Source: Desulfosoma sp.
GTDB taxonomy: Bacteria > Desulfobacterota > Syntrophobacteria > Syntrophobacterales > DSM-9756
Direction: 5' to 3'
Assembly: GCA_037481835.1 (NCBI GenBank)
Contig: JBBFKW010000012.1
Coordinates: 93,505 to 157,504, forward strand
Length of the DNA stretch: 64,000 nt
Shown: one piece after another, positions 19,953 through 30,844 of the stretch
Position numbering within the stretch: position 1 is the stretch's first letter
Layout of the letters: each line of letters opens with the position of its first letter
Notes under the pieces: generated by a model
Database searches by the model: none
Seen by the model: only the letters and a program-made list of their open reading frames with translations
Told to the model about the DNA's origin: nothing
Program-made: the position numbers and the translations under genes

Positions 19953-20396
19953 TCAGTGCTTCACTTCGATCCGCTTGGGTCGAGAAGCCTCGGCCTTGGG
20001 AATTTCGATGCGCAGCACCCCATCTTTGTAAACCGCCTCGACCCCTTCCGCTTTCACTTCCGCGGGCAACGTGAAGGACCGAGAGAAGGATCCGTAACGC
20101 CGCTCCACCCGGTGGAAGGATTCACCTTTCTCTTCCTTCTCCTGCCGCTTCTCGCCTTTGACCGTGAGCACGTTTTCCGTAATGCTGATGTCGAGATCCT
20201 TCACATCCACCCCGGGAAGATCGGCCTTCACCACGATCTTGTCTTCCGTTTCGGAAATGTCGAAGGCCGGCATCAGAACCTTTTCGTCGCCCCACACGGC
20301 GGGAAGGGCTTCTTCAAAGAAGCGATCCATCCAATCGAAGGCCCTAGGCCATGCAAGGAGCGACTCCCTACGGCTGCGAGGAACCAATCCGAGCAT
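19953..20396 (-). CDS. Hsp20/alpha-crystallin small heat-shock protein
   Basis: DLPGV, ERRYGSFSRSFTLP, YKDGVLRI; AGGAGGT RBS. Confidence 0.95.
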   Translation of the reverse strand: MLGLVPRSRRESLLAWPRAFDWMDRFFEEALPAVWGDEKVLMPAFDISETEDKIVVKADLPGVDVKDLDISITENVLTVKGEKRQEKEEKGESFHRVERRYGSFSRSFTLPAEVKAEGVEAVYKDGVLRIEIPKAEASRPKRIEVKH

Positions 20397-20535
20397 GTCC
20401 AATACCTCCTTTTGTTATGGTTTCTAGGGACTTACCGTTCCCAACCGCACCATAAAAATAATCCCGACCGCCACCCTGTCAAGTCCCTTTCGGGAGGACT
20501 CCAACGCGGTGTCCGTCATGGCCCGTCTAGCCCCT

Positions 20536-20793
20536 TTACGGAATCTCCGTTTCCCCCGTTTCTTCGAGGAGCCTCTTGAACCGTGCGGAATCCCTCACCC
20601 GGCGCGCCCCGGCCGCTTCGGCATCTTCCTGTGTGAGATGAATTTCCCCGCATTCGGGACACGTCACGTTGAGCTGGTCGCCGATGATGCGTTCTCGGAT
20701 TTCGTCAACCGTCATGTGGCCGAGGAATCCGCATTTGGTGTCCACGCGTCGGGCGCGGACACGAAAGGGAAAGGGTTTTTCCCCGCTGGCCAT
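20536..20793 (-). CDS. Small hypothetical protein, possible Zn-binding
   Basis: KCGFLGH and CPECGEIH; GAGG RBS. Confidence 0.65.
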   Translation of the reverse strand: MASGEKPFPFRVRARRVDTKCGFLGHMTVDEIRERIIGDQLNVTCPECGEIHLTQEDAEAAGARRVRDSARFKRLLEETGETEIP

Positions 20794-20908
20794 TCTGTCT
20801 TCCTCACCCCGGCATCGTCATACGCCGTTCATGAAAATTCTTTAAAAGCACCCATCCTTCGTCGAAGGCTTCGGCGGAATCACGGAATCGCACCCAGGGC
20901 GGCCGGAG

Positions 20909-21316
20909 TCAGTGCTCCGGGTCGAGGGCTTCCAGGGTTTCGGCCATGTCCCGGCACGCCTGGACGAAGGTTTCTGCTTCCGACGAAGCGCACCAAACCA
21001 TGCGGAACCGCTCCGGTTCCAGCCCCATGGCATCCATCATCTCCTGGATCACCAGCCGCCGGGCGTCCGCTCGGATATTGCCGTCTTTGTAGTGGCATTC
21101 GCCCAGTCGGCATCCCATGACCAGCACGCCGTCCGCTCCCAGAGCGAAGGTTTCCATCACGAGCTTGGGATGGACCATGCCGGAACACATGACCCGCACG
21201 ATCCGGATGTTTTCCGGATAATCCAATCTCCGGATCCCGGCCAGGTCCGCGGCGCTGTAAGCGCACCAATGGCACGCAAAAACGACGATCTTCCCCCCTC
21301 CGTTTCCGGAAGCCAT
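20909..21316 (-). CDS. mvhD: Hydrogenase iron-sulfur subunit MvhD/FlpD
   Basis: FACHWCAYSAADLAG, RVMCSG, GADGV..GC..GECHY..GN. Confidence 0.93.
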   Translation of the reverse strand: MASGNGGGKIVVFACHWCAYSAADLAGIRRLDYPENIRIVRVMCSGMVHPKLVMETFALGADGVLVMGCRLGECHYKDGNIRADARRLVIQEMMDAMGLEPERFRMVWCASSEAETFVQACRDMAETLEALDPEH

Positions 21317-24300
21317 CACGCCGCTCCGCTTTCTTCCGACCGCAGAATGGCCTTCACCTGCTGCAAGAGTTGGGGCACGCTGAATCCCGCCACACGGATC
21401 CCGTCCTTGGGACAGGTGGCCTCACAGATCCCGCATCCTTTACACAAAGCCGTGTTCACCGCCGGAAGCCGCGTCTCCTCAGGGGCCTCCCGGGTCCCTT
21501 TGGGATAGTCCTTCCAGCGGATCGCCTGAAACGGGCACACATCCAAACACAGAGCGCACCCGTCACAGTTTTCCGGAACCACATGGGCCTTGATGGCATC
21601 CAGGGCCTTGCGACGCGTGGCCAAAACGGCTGCAGCCCGAGCCGTCACCGCCTGGGCTTGAGCGATGACCTCGTCCAAGGGCTTGGGATAATGGGCCAGA
21701 CCGGCCATGAAAATCCCTTCCGTCAGAAACTCCACGGGCCGCAGCTTGGCATGGGCCTCTTGGAAAAACCCGTCGGCGTTCAAAGGCAGTTTATAAATCT
21801 TGGCCAATTCCTCCACATCCGGCTGCGGGACGATGGCCGTGGCCAAAATGACCACATCGGCCCGCACGGTCAAAGGCATGTGGAGCACATGGTCCGTCAC
21901 CCTCACGTAGAGTTCGTTCGGGCCGAGGCGTATGGTCGGCTTATGGTGCCTTTCGTAATTGATGAACACCACGCCTTTTTCTCGAGCCTTCTTGTAGAGG
22001 GACTCCCTGAGTCCGTAAGTGCGCACGTCCCGGTACAGGATGTAGACGTCCCGGGTGGGGTCTTCTTCCTTGAGTTCCAACGCCGCCTGGATGGAATGGG
22101 TGCAGCAGACTCGAGAGCAATAAGGCCTGTCGGGCTCACGGGACCCCACGCACTGGATGAAGACAAGGGTCTTGGCACCCGCAATGCGCTCATCGCCCAC
22201 GGCACGGAGCTTATCGAATTCCAGGGCCGTGAGCACCCTTTGGGACTCGGCGTAACCGTATTCTTCGGGCTTGTAGGCCGTGCCGCCCACGGCCAGGACC
22301 GTCACCCCATGATCCACACTGATGGTCGCCCCGCCTTTCTTGATGGTGGATCGAAAATTCCCCACGAACCCTTCCGCGGCGACGACTTCGCTCTTGAGAT
22401 AGACGCTGATGTAAGGGTGAGAGCGCACGCGAGCCGTCAGCCGATCCACGAAGGCGGTGATGTTTTCCCCCTTCCAGGTACGGAAGAGATGGCGTGCGTT
22501 GCCGCCCAGCTGGGAACTCTTTTCCACGAGGTGCACCGGGAACCCCTGGTCGGCCAGTCCCAGGGCCGTCACCAAACCGGCCACACCGCCTCCCACCACC
22601 AGAACCGTCGGATTGACATTGACAGTCACCGGCGGCAGCGGCTCCTGCGCGCACACCTTGGCCACCGCCATGCGCACCAAGTCCACGGCCACGGCCGTGG
22701 CCGCCCGCGGATCCTTCCCATGGACCCACGCCGATTGGTTGCGGATGTTGGCCATGTCGAACAGGTACTCATTGAGCCCGGCGTTCTTGAGGGTCTCCCG
22801 GAAAAGGTTTTCATGGGTCACGGGCGAACAGGCCGCCACCACGACGCGGTTCAGAGCGCACTCTCCGATGCGCCGCCGGATCAGTTCCTGGCTGTCGTGA
22901 GAACAGGCAAACAGCTTGCGTTCCACGTGGACCACATAAGGGAGCCGGGAGGCCGCTCGAGCCACTTCTTCCACATCCACGACTCCGGCGATGTTGGACC
23001 CACAATGGCACACGAACACCCCCACCCGAGGCGCTTGTCCGACCACAGGCCGTTCTTCGGGGAAGTCTTTGAGCCGCGACAGACTGTTTCGCACATCGGA
23101 CAGAGGGACGGCCGCCGCGGCGGCCGCCGCCGATCCTTCCAGCACCGCCTGGGCGATGTCCTTGGGCCCCACGGCCGTGCCGCAGGCGTAAACGCCCGGT
23201 CGGGATGCCGTTACGGGTTCGAAGGACGAGGTTTCCACAAAGCCGTGGGCATCGGTTTTCAGCCCCAAACGTTCATAAAGGCTCTTCGTCGCCGATGGGA
23301 CCTCCATCCCTACGGAAAGAACGACCACATCGAAGACTTCCCGACGCCGCCGGCCCTCTTCGGACGTATAATGCACCACGAGCCCACCGCCTTCTTCGGC
23401 GGGTTCCACAGCCGGCACGCGGCACGGGACGAACCGGACCCCTCGGTCCCTCATCCCGTTGAAATAGCGCTCAAAATCTTTTCCCGTGGTGCGCATGTCC
23501 AGGTAAAAAACCGCCACGTCCAGCGACGGATCGCCTTCCAGGGCCATGGACGCTCCCTTGACGGCGGTCATGCAGCACACGGACGAACAATAGGCGTGGC
23601 TTTTTCCCGTTTCGTCCCGGCTCCCCACACACTGGACGAAGGCGACTTTGCGGATGGGCCGCCCGTCCGAAGGCCTCACCAAGGGCCGCCGGTGGGATCC
23701 TGCGGCGGCAAGCATGCGTTCCCAGATGTGGGATGGAAGCACATCGGGAAAAACACCGTAACCCCAAGGGTTTCGCTCGGGGGGCTCAAAAGGCTGAAAG
23801 CCCGGCGCCAGGATCACCGATCCCACGGTCACCGTCACCCAGCGTTCCCGGTCGTCCAAGCGCACGGCCTGAGCCGGACAGACCTTTTCACAGGCCCGAC
23901 ATGTCCCTTGGGTGAGGTAAAGGCATCGATGGGGGTCGATCTGGTAGGTCAACGGAACGGCCTGAGGATAAGCAAGATAAATGGCGGAGCGCTCCGCCCA
24001 CGGCCCGCATCGGGGATCCCTGACCACCACGGGGCACACCCGGGCGCAGTCGCCGCAGGCCACACACCGCTCGGGGTCCACATAACGGGGCCGCTGTCGC
24101 AAGGTGGCCTGGAACCGGGGCGCCTCCCCTTCCAGGCGTTCCAGCTCCGTCAGGGGCATGAGTTCAATATTGAAGTGCCGACCGCACTCCACCAGCTTGG
24201 GCGCCAGGATTCACATGGCGCATTCGTTGGTGGGAAAGGTCTTGTCCAGGCGGGCCATGGTGCCGCCGATGGCCCCGCCCTTTTCTGCAAGATAGACGAA

Positions 24301-24390
24301 ATAACCCGCTTCGGCCAAATCCAAAGCCGCCTGCAGGCCGGAAATGCCGCCGCCGACCACGAGCACGGCGCCCACCTTCTGGCGTATCAT
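21316..24390 (-). CDS. hdrA: Large tandem heterodisulfide reductase subunit A-like selenoprotein (1024 aa, Sec60)
   Basis: N-term [10 protein letters not shown]...[25 protein letters not shown] in frame with the 958-aa ORF; two CVGSR/YCS.VCC repeats; ATGA overlap with upstream gene. Confidence 0.9.
24171..24191 (-). promoter_or_regulatory. Bacterial SECIS hairpin
   Basis: TGGAGTGC-GGTCG-GCACTTCA stem-loop with G-led loop 27 nt 3' of the UGA at 24213-24211. Confidence 0.75.
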
Positions 24391-25859
24391 CCCACCACCT
24401 CACGAGGTGCCTTGGAAGGCACGACCAGGGCTTCCGCCACCAGTTCCCACAAGAGCTTCACGTCCACCGAAAGATCGTATTCCTTGCGCAGACTTTTCAG
24501 GATTTGATCCCGGCAGGTGTGGCAGGACGTCACCACCAGCGAGGCACCGGTGCGTCGAATCTGGAGCGCCTTATGGCGGCCGTGAAAAACCCGCTCTTCG
24601 TGAAACGGCAAAGCCGCAAGCCCCCCACCGGCCCCGCAGCAGTAGGCGTCTTCGCGGTTGGGAATCATCTCCACAAAATCCGCGCAGCACCAGCGCAGGA
24701 TCTCCCGGGCCTCTTCGTCATACGCCTTGCCGAACGCCTTGGCGGACTTCCGCGTCACATGGCACGGATCGTGATAAGTGGCCGCCTCCGCAAAGGGCCG
24801 GTCTCGGAGTTGAATTCGGCCGCTTCGGATATAGTCTAGGAGAAGATCGAAAAGCGTCACCACTTGAAACCGCCGGGATTCTTCGGCATACCAGCGGCCG
24901 AGCCCCATGCGCACCGCATGGTAGGCATGGCCGCACTCGGGCAAAAGCAGGGTTTGGCACTCGAGCCGACGCATGGCCTCCACGATTCGTCCCACGCCGA
25001 GCCGCACCGCCTCGTCATCGCCCGTGTAGGCCCCCCATTGCACCCCGTCCCAATTTAGCGTTGGGATCGTCCAGGATTCTCCCGCGGCATAAAAGATCTT
25101 CCACCAGTGCTTCATCTGCCGCGGTTCCGCAAAGGGCTCCTTGGAATTGACCGTGACCAAGAGCCGAGCGCCCTTCACATCCAGAGGCACCCGAAATCCG
25201 GGGCATTCTTCTTCGGCCAGTTCCCGCGCCACGGCTTCACAACAGGCGATGAAGTCTTCGCGAGGAATGCCCAAATTGTTGCCCGTCTCCGCCATGGTCA
25301 GGACACCCTTGTGGAGCGAACCAGGCACCCGATCCCGTTCCCGGGCCCGCCGCACCGCCGTCATGAGCCCCGTGATGTCCACGCCCATGGGGCAGGCCTG
25401 TTCGCACTTGCCGCACAGGGTGCACTTCCACGGCCACGAAGCCGCCACCAGATCCTCTTCCATGCCCAAGACGGCCATGCGCACGACTTTTCGCGGATCC
25501 CAATCATCCACCCCGGAGATGGGACACGCCCCGGCGCAACTGCCGCACGTGAGGCACACGTCGGCCCCCAGGGACGAAAGACCAAAGGGGTGATGGCGCG
25601 CCCCCAATACCGTCTGCCCTTCCCAGTCCTCCTCGGGTTCGGACGCCGCCGCCGACGCCGCGGAAACCCGCCGGAACTGCAGGGCCGACGCATCCAACCC
25701 ATAGGCATGACACAGCCGGATGAACTCCTCTTCGTCCACCAGGTAGCGCTTACCCGGCACCCGACGCGCCGGCAGCCGACCGCTTCGGATCCAGTTTCGG
25801 ATGGTGTTTCGATGCACGCCCAGCTGCTCCGCCAGGCGGCCGATCTGGACGACGATCAT
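24387..25859 (-). CDS. HdrD-like Fe-S/CCG oxidoreductase with N-terminal excisionase-type (HTH_17) domain
   Basis: [23 protein letters not shown]; two CxxCxxCxxxCP; YHDPC, CCGAGGG, SCHTC. Confidence 0.88.
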   Translation of the reverse strand: MIVVQIGRLAEQLGVHRNTIRNWIRSGRLPARRVPGKRYLVDEEEFIRLCHAYGLDASALQFRRVSAASAAASEPEEDWEGQTVLGARHHPFGLSSLGADVCLTCGSCAGACPISGVDDWDPRKVVRMAVLGMEEDLVAASWPWKCTLCGKCEQACPMGVDITGLMTAVRRARERDRVPGSLHKGVLTMAETGNNLGIPREDFIACCEAVARELAEEECPGFRVPLDVKGARLLVTVNSKEPFAEPRQMKHWWKIFYAAGESWTIPTLNWDGVQWGAYTGDDEAVRLGVGRIVEAMRRLECQTLLLPECGHAYHAVRMGLGRWYAEESRRFQVVTLFDLLLDYIRSGRIQLRDRPFAEAATYHDPCHVTRKSAKAFGKAYDEEAREILRWCCADFVEMIPNREDAYCCGAGGGLAALPFHEERVFHGRHKALQIRRTGASLVVTSCHTCRDQILKSLRKEYDLSVDVKLLWELVAEALVVPSKAPREVVG

Positions 25860-26356
25860 GGATTGACCCCCACGTGCCGAAGAAGGAGATCCACGGCTCG
25901 AGGCACCGCTTCCGCCACGGCAGGCGACAAGCCCGGGGCCACATGGTCGGGCAACTCAGCCGCCTGCACCGCAAGGATGGCCACCCGCACCCCTCCTTCT
26001 TCGGCCAGTTCCCGCAAAAGATCCGCCGAAGGGAACTGGTGCATGAGAAAATCCGCCCGCTTGACCGACGGCACCTCCTGGGGCGAAAGCCAGAAAAGCT
26101 CACCCGGATCACGCCCCGAAACCTGCAGAGCGTCCACGATGTAAAGGGCTTGGGGTTTTTCCGCCGAAAGGACCATGTCGAACAAGAGGTCGCTGAGAGC
26201 CGTTCCCGCATCCACAACGCACACATGAGCCGGCAAAGCGTCGTTGGCCGCCAAACGGTCCGCCACCGCCGGGCCGAATCCATCATCGCCGAAAAGGGTG
26301 TTGCCGCATCCAAGAATCACCACGGAAGCGGAAAAAAGCCGGCTTCGTTCACTCAT
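25856..26356 (-). CDS. Hydrogenase maturation protease (FrhD/HycI-like)
   Basis: ILGCGNTLFGDDGFG, VDAGT, IVDA; GGGAGG RBS. Confidence 0.88.
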   Translation of the reverse strand: MSERSRLFSASVVILGCGNTLFGDDGFGPAVADRLAANDALPAHVCVVDAGTALSDLLFDMVLSAEKPQALYIVDALQVSGRDPGELFWLSPQEVPSVKRADFLMHQFPSADLLRELAEEGGVRVAILAVQAAELPDHVAPGLSPAVAEAVPRAVDLLLRHVGVNP

Positions 26357-26402
26357 GAAACAAAGTCCTCCCGGTCCTTGTGCATCTTGTGCATCGGCAG
26401 GT

Positions 26403-26431
26403 TTCCTACCTCGACCCCGCCCGTTTGTCAA
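26403..26431 (-). promoter_or_regulatory. Putative sigma-70 promoter of the hdr operon
   Basis: TTGACA-17-TAGGAA; tandem ATGCACAAG repeat at 26377-26394 just downstream. Confidence 0.55.
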
Positions 26432-26489
26432 CGGGGAAGTCCGGTCCCGAAGCGGTCGCGTAAAGGCCTTGGGGTGTCGTCGGGACGGT

Positions 26490-29138
26490 TCAGGGTTGAT
26501 GCGCTGTGGCGGGTTCGCCGGAGGTGGATCGGAGAACTGCCAGGAGATCGGCGATGCGATAGGGCTTGGTCAGGATGGTGATGTTTTCGGCCTTGCCGAT
26601 GCTTTCGGCCAGGGAGGCGCTGCTGTAGCCGCTTGTGAGCACGACGGACATCCAAGGGTATCTTCGGCGGATTTCCTTGTAGCAGGCGCCGCCTCCCATG
26701 CCGGGCATATGGAAATCCAAAACGACCGCATCCACGCGGGGCGCTTCCTTATCGAGCACATCGAGGGCCTCTTCGCCGCTTGCGGCCTTGAGCACCCCAA
26801 AGCCTTCGGCTTCCAAACTTTCCGTTACGAATTCCAAAAGTGCCGTCTCATCGTCCACGACCAAAACCGTGCACCCCTCTTTTTTCTCAGGCTTTGGTTC
26901 GCGCTGCACGCCTTCGTCTTTCCGGACCGCTTCGGCGGCTTCTGCTCCGCCGGCCCTCTTCACGGGAAAGGTGAGGGTAAAGGTCGTCCCTCGGCCCAGC
27001 TCGCTTTCGCACGTGATGGTTCCGCCGTGGCGTTGGACGATGCTATAGACGGTGGAAAGGCCGAGTCCCGTTCCCTTGCCGGGTTCTTTGGTCGTAAAGA
27101 ACGGATCGAAGATCCGGTCCCGAATGGGTTCGGGAATGCCCTGGCCCGTATCGGAAACCTTCAGGACGACGATGTCCATCCCATCCGGATGCGTGTCCCG
27201 GCGTGTGCTTACGCGGATGCGCCCGCCGCCCCCTTCCCCGATGGCATCCCGGGCGTTGACCACCAGGTTGATGACAACCTGTTCCAGCGCCAGCCGGTCT
27301 CCGTAAACGGCGGGGACATCAGGGGCCAAGTCCGCTTCCAGCCGGATCATGCGCGGAATGTTTCGGCTGAGAAAATCCAGCGTCTCCTCAACGACCCGGT
27401 TGATATCCAGCAGTTCCGGCGTCATTTCGTCCTGGCGGGCGAAGGTGAGCATCCTTCGGACCAGTTCGGCGCCCCGGTCCGCCGCTTCCCGCACGCGTCC
27501 GATCCAACGGCGCTTTCGGTCCGAGCCTTCCGTGTGCATTTCCAAAAGATCCAGGTAACCCGTCATGGCCTGGAGGAGGTTATTGAACTCGTGGGCGATG
27601 CCGCTGGCCAGGGTCCCCAGGGATTCCATCTTTTGGGCGTGGGAAATGATCTTCTCCAGTTCCTGGGCCCTTTTTTCCGCTTCCACCTTGGCGGTCACAT
27701 CCCGCGCCATGATGCGCAGCCCGCGCACGGCTCCTTCCCTTCCGCCCATGGGCCGAGCGGAAATTTCCACCGTCTTGGCCGGCCCGTGATGATCCCGAAG
27801 GACGAAGCTTTTGAGTTCTCCCACGCTCCGTCCCGCCGCCACATCGTCGAAAAACGCGTGCATGGCGCCGACCGTTTCGGGATCGGCCATATCGTGCAGC
27901 GAAAAAGGCTCCGGCGGGGGACCGTCCACGCCCATGAGCCGCAAGAAAGCCGGATTGTAAAACGTGACAACACCATCCGTGTTGATTTCGAAATAGGCTT
28001 CGTGGAGGCTTTCCAGAATCTCTCGATATCTGGCCTCGCTTCGAGCGAGGGCGTCCTGGGCTCGGACCAGTTCCGCCTGGCGACGGACGAGAGCCTCTTC
28101 CCGGTCCCGCACGGCTCGGCCCATCTCTTGAAACTGCCGGGAAAACACCTGGAGCTCGGCAAAGGAGCCGTCGAAGTCCGGCCATGGATCGGTATCCGCC
28201 CGGGAGGCTTCCGCCATGCGAACGGCTTCCCGTGTCAGGCTTTGAACGGGATCGATGATGGAGCGGTGCATACGGCCCATAAGCCCCTGAAAAACGATGT
28301 AGAGGAAGGCAAAGAAAAGGGCAAAGCCGGCCACGGCGGCGCCGAGCACCGGCATGAGTGCCGGAACCAAGGGATAGGCCACAAGGACGACCCAGCCCCA
28401 CGGATCGATCCGCCAACTGATGCCGTAGACGGGCGTTCCAGCCAGGCGCCCCAGGAGCTTGACCCCTTCCGGATGGGCCAACGCCGTGCGCACCAAGGGT
28501 TCATGGCCCACATTTTCCTGCTCTTTGACCACGCGTTCTTCAGGGTGCACGATGGCGTTGCCGTAACGATCCGTGATCCAGACGATCCTTCGGGGCATTT
28601 TTCGCAAATACGCCGAAATGAGCTGATGCAGGCGATCCAAGTTCAGTTCGCCGATGACGCTTCCCCAGCGGCTGGGAATCATGGATGCAATGGTGACCGC
28701 CCCCAAATCGGCGCGGTAGTAGGGGACCGAATAGACCGGCCACGTGCCCGTATCGGGAAAGGCGGAGGCGGCTGGAGGGGTCACGCCTCTTAAGGCAGGC
28801 ACGCTCTCCCCTTTGACGAAAACGCCATAAGACTCCGCTCCGACCCAAAAGATTCGGTGATACAACTGCCCAGCCTCGTTCATGAGGGCCGTGGCGGCAT
28901 CCTCCTCGGGCCCCTTGAAAGTGAAAGCCGTGAGTCTCAGCGTTTCGTCGGCCGATGCGAGAAAACTCGTCAGCTAATTGTCGATGCCCCACGCGATGAT
29001 TTCATGTTCACGCTCCAAGGCACTGATCCGCCAGGCCACGAGCCCCCCGGTAGTCAGCATGGCGACAACGACCAACGGAAGGACGAGGCGCCGGTGCACA
29101 AAGCCTCGAATGACATCAAAGAGGGCTCGATCGCTCAT
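26490..29138 (-). pseudogene. Membrane hybrid sensor kinase (Cache/PAS/HisKA/HATPase/REC) with in-frame TAG at codon 55
   Basis: ATG 29138 with GAGG RBS and TM1, TAG at 28976-28974, frame continues into the 797-aa ORF with AHEFNN, DPFFTTK, GTGLGL and REC. Confidence 0.7.
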
Positions 29139-29144
29139 GGATCC

Positions 29145-30263
29145 TCACAGTTTGTCCACCAGGACGAAACGGCCTTCGCGCATCCCGACAAGATAGCTTT
29201 CCCCATGGGCGTCTCCGAAGGCGTCCATGGCCGATGGTCCGAGCACGCCTTCAAAAATCCGCGGCCGACCGAGAGCTTCCGCGAGGCCGTCCCGCCGCCC
29301 CCGCGTCTGCTCCAACGCCTCGGCCAGAAACTTCACGGCATCATAGCCGCGGGCCGCCGCAAAGGACGGCTTCCCACCGAAGCGCTTCCGATACGCCTGG
29401 ATGAAGTCCCGAGCGGAAGGAACGTCCTCCAAGGGGGGATCGTTGGTCGCAAGAATCAACAGATCCTTGGGGCTCGCTCCTTCCGTGAGCAAACGATCCG
29501 TTTGGGCCCACCCGACTCCAAACAGGCGGGCTGACGGCTTGAACCGGGACAGCCTGCGGACCCATCGGGCCGTGTCGGTGGCCGAGGCGACGATGAGCAC
29601 CCCATCCGGATCATCGCTCAAGATTCGCAGGATGCTCAAGGTCCAAGGAACGTCCTCGAGGATGGAAAAAGGTTCCCCAATGAGCACCCGCCCTCCAAGA
29701 CTCGTCATCGCCTCGGAAAAGACCTTCACCCACGGCTCGGTGTAAGACGGGTTCTTGGCGTCATAGACAACAGCAAAACGCCACAATCCTCGAGCGACGG
29801 CGTAGCGGGCAAGGGCGCGGGCCGGAGCGTCCGTGTCCTGGCGCATGCGAAAAAACAGGTCCTTTTTGCCGCTCAGCAAAGCACTGGAAGCGACGGGGGA
29901 AATGAGCGGTAGATTCAGTTCTTGGAGGAGAGGCAAAACCTCGAGGCACTGCGTGCTGAGCATGTGACCGACGACAGCGACGACCTCCTGCCTCGCCAGG
30001 GACCTAAGGGCTCGCTTGGCCCCGTCCGCACTTCCTTCGTCGTTTTGGACGATGAGTTCCAGACGCCTGCCGGCAATCCCTCCACGCTCGTTGATGGCCT
30101 CGACGGCCAGCCGTGCCCCGTTTCGGGCGTGAATGCCGAGATCCGCATAAAGGCCCGTGAGCACCCCGGAAAACCCAATGGGAATCGTCGGCTTTTCGCA
30201 GCCTTGAAGGAAAAGGAACACCAGGGCCGGGAGGATTCCCAGAGCCCGGCGCCGTCTTTCCAT
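29145..30263 (-). CDS. Branched-chain-type periplasmic binding lipoprotein (likely sensory partner of the kinase)
   Basis: Lipobox LQGC; IGFSGVLTG, AVEAINERGGIAGR. Confidence 0.85.
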   Translation of the reverse strand: MERRRRALGILPALVFLFLQGCEKPTIPIGFSGVLTGLYADLGIHARNGARLAVEAINERGGIAGRRLELIVQNDEGSADGAKRALRSLARQEVVAVVGHMLSTQCLEVLPLLQELNLPLISPVASSALLSGKKDLFFRMRQDTDAPARALARYAVARGLWRFAVVYDAKNPSYTEPWVKVFSEAMTSLGGRVLIGEPFSILEDVPWTLSILRILSDDPDGVLIVASATDTARWVRRLSRFKPSARLFGVGWAQTDRLLTEGASPKDLLILATNDPPLEDVPSARDFIQAYRKRFGGKPSFAAARGYDAVKFLAEALEQTRGRRDGLAEALGRPRIFEGVLGPSAMDAFGDAHGESYLVGMREGRFVLVDKL

Positions 30264-30278
30264 GGTTTTCCCTCACGG

Positions 30279-30755
30279 CTAAGGGGACATGGATGGGTTC
30301 ACACCGTCGCGGCCGTCCAGGAGGGAGCGCACGGCCTGGAGCAGGACGCGCCTTTTGACCGGTTTTTCCAAAAACAGCGTATCCCGCAAAGTTTCGGTTT
30401 GCAAGGCGCTGGATCGTCCCGTGTAGCCGCTGATGAAAATCGCCGGAACCCGCCGGCCTCCGTGCCGAATCATGGCCACGGCCTCCTGGCCCCCCATGGT
30501 CGGCATCACCCCATCGCACACCACAAGACTTATGGTTTCCAGATGATCCACAAAGACCTCCACGGCTTCCACGCCGTCTCGGGCCTCCAAGACCCGGTAC
30601 CCCGCTTCGCGAAGCACCGACACCAAATAGTCCCGAACCCCCTTGTCGTCTTCGGCCACCAAAATCGTCTCGGACCCTCCGGGAACGTCCGGATCGGGGC
30701 TGGAATCCTTCGTTTCAAGACGCCCTTCGTAGCGCGGCAGGTAAATCCGAAGCGA
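30279..30755 (-). pseudogene. Receiver domain with residual HATPase tail (truncated hybrid kinase)
   Basis: Frame reads LRIYLPRYEG...GGSETILVAEDD...D..MP...SGY...KP; in-frame TGA upstream, no ATG. Confidence 0.6.
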
Positions 30756-30774
30756 ATGTTCTACAACAGCGCAA

Positions 30775-30814
30775 CCGCTCCTTCAGGAAAGGAACCTTCT
30801 TCCTGAAGGAGCGG
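30775..30814. repeat. Perfect 15-bp inverted repeat
   Basis: CCGCTCCTTCAGGAA / TTCCTGAAGGAGCGG. Confidence 0.8.
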
Positions 30815-30844
30815 CTTCGGAAGACCGGGAGGTCGCGCAAGAGC

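Noticed and set aside
20909..21319. Sec in MvhD
   Set aside because: All expected positions are Cys codons; no internal UGA
24164..24403. 79-aa ORF suggesting a frameshift in hdrA
   Set aside because: The HdrA N-terminus is in the same frame as the main ORF; an in-frame UGA explains the break
21370..24507. 1045-aa plus-strand ORF, and similar long ORFs at 26244-28793, 37425-39395 and 44906-47455
   Set aside because: Antisense shadows of real genes in high-GC DNA; no recognisable motifs
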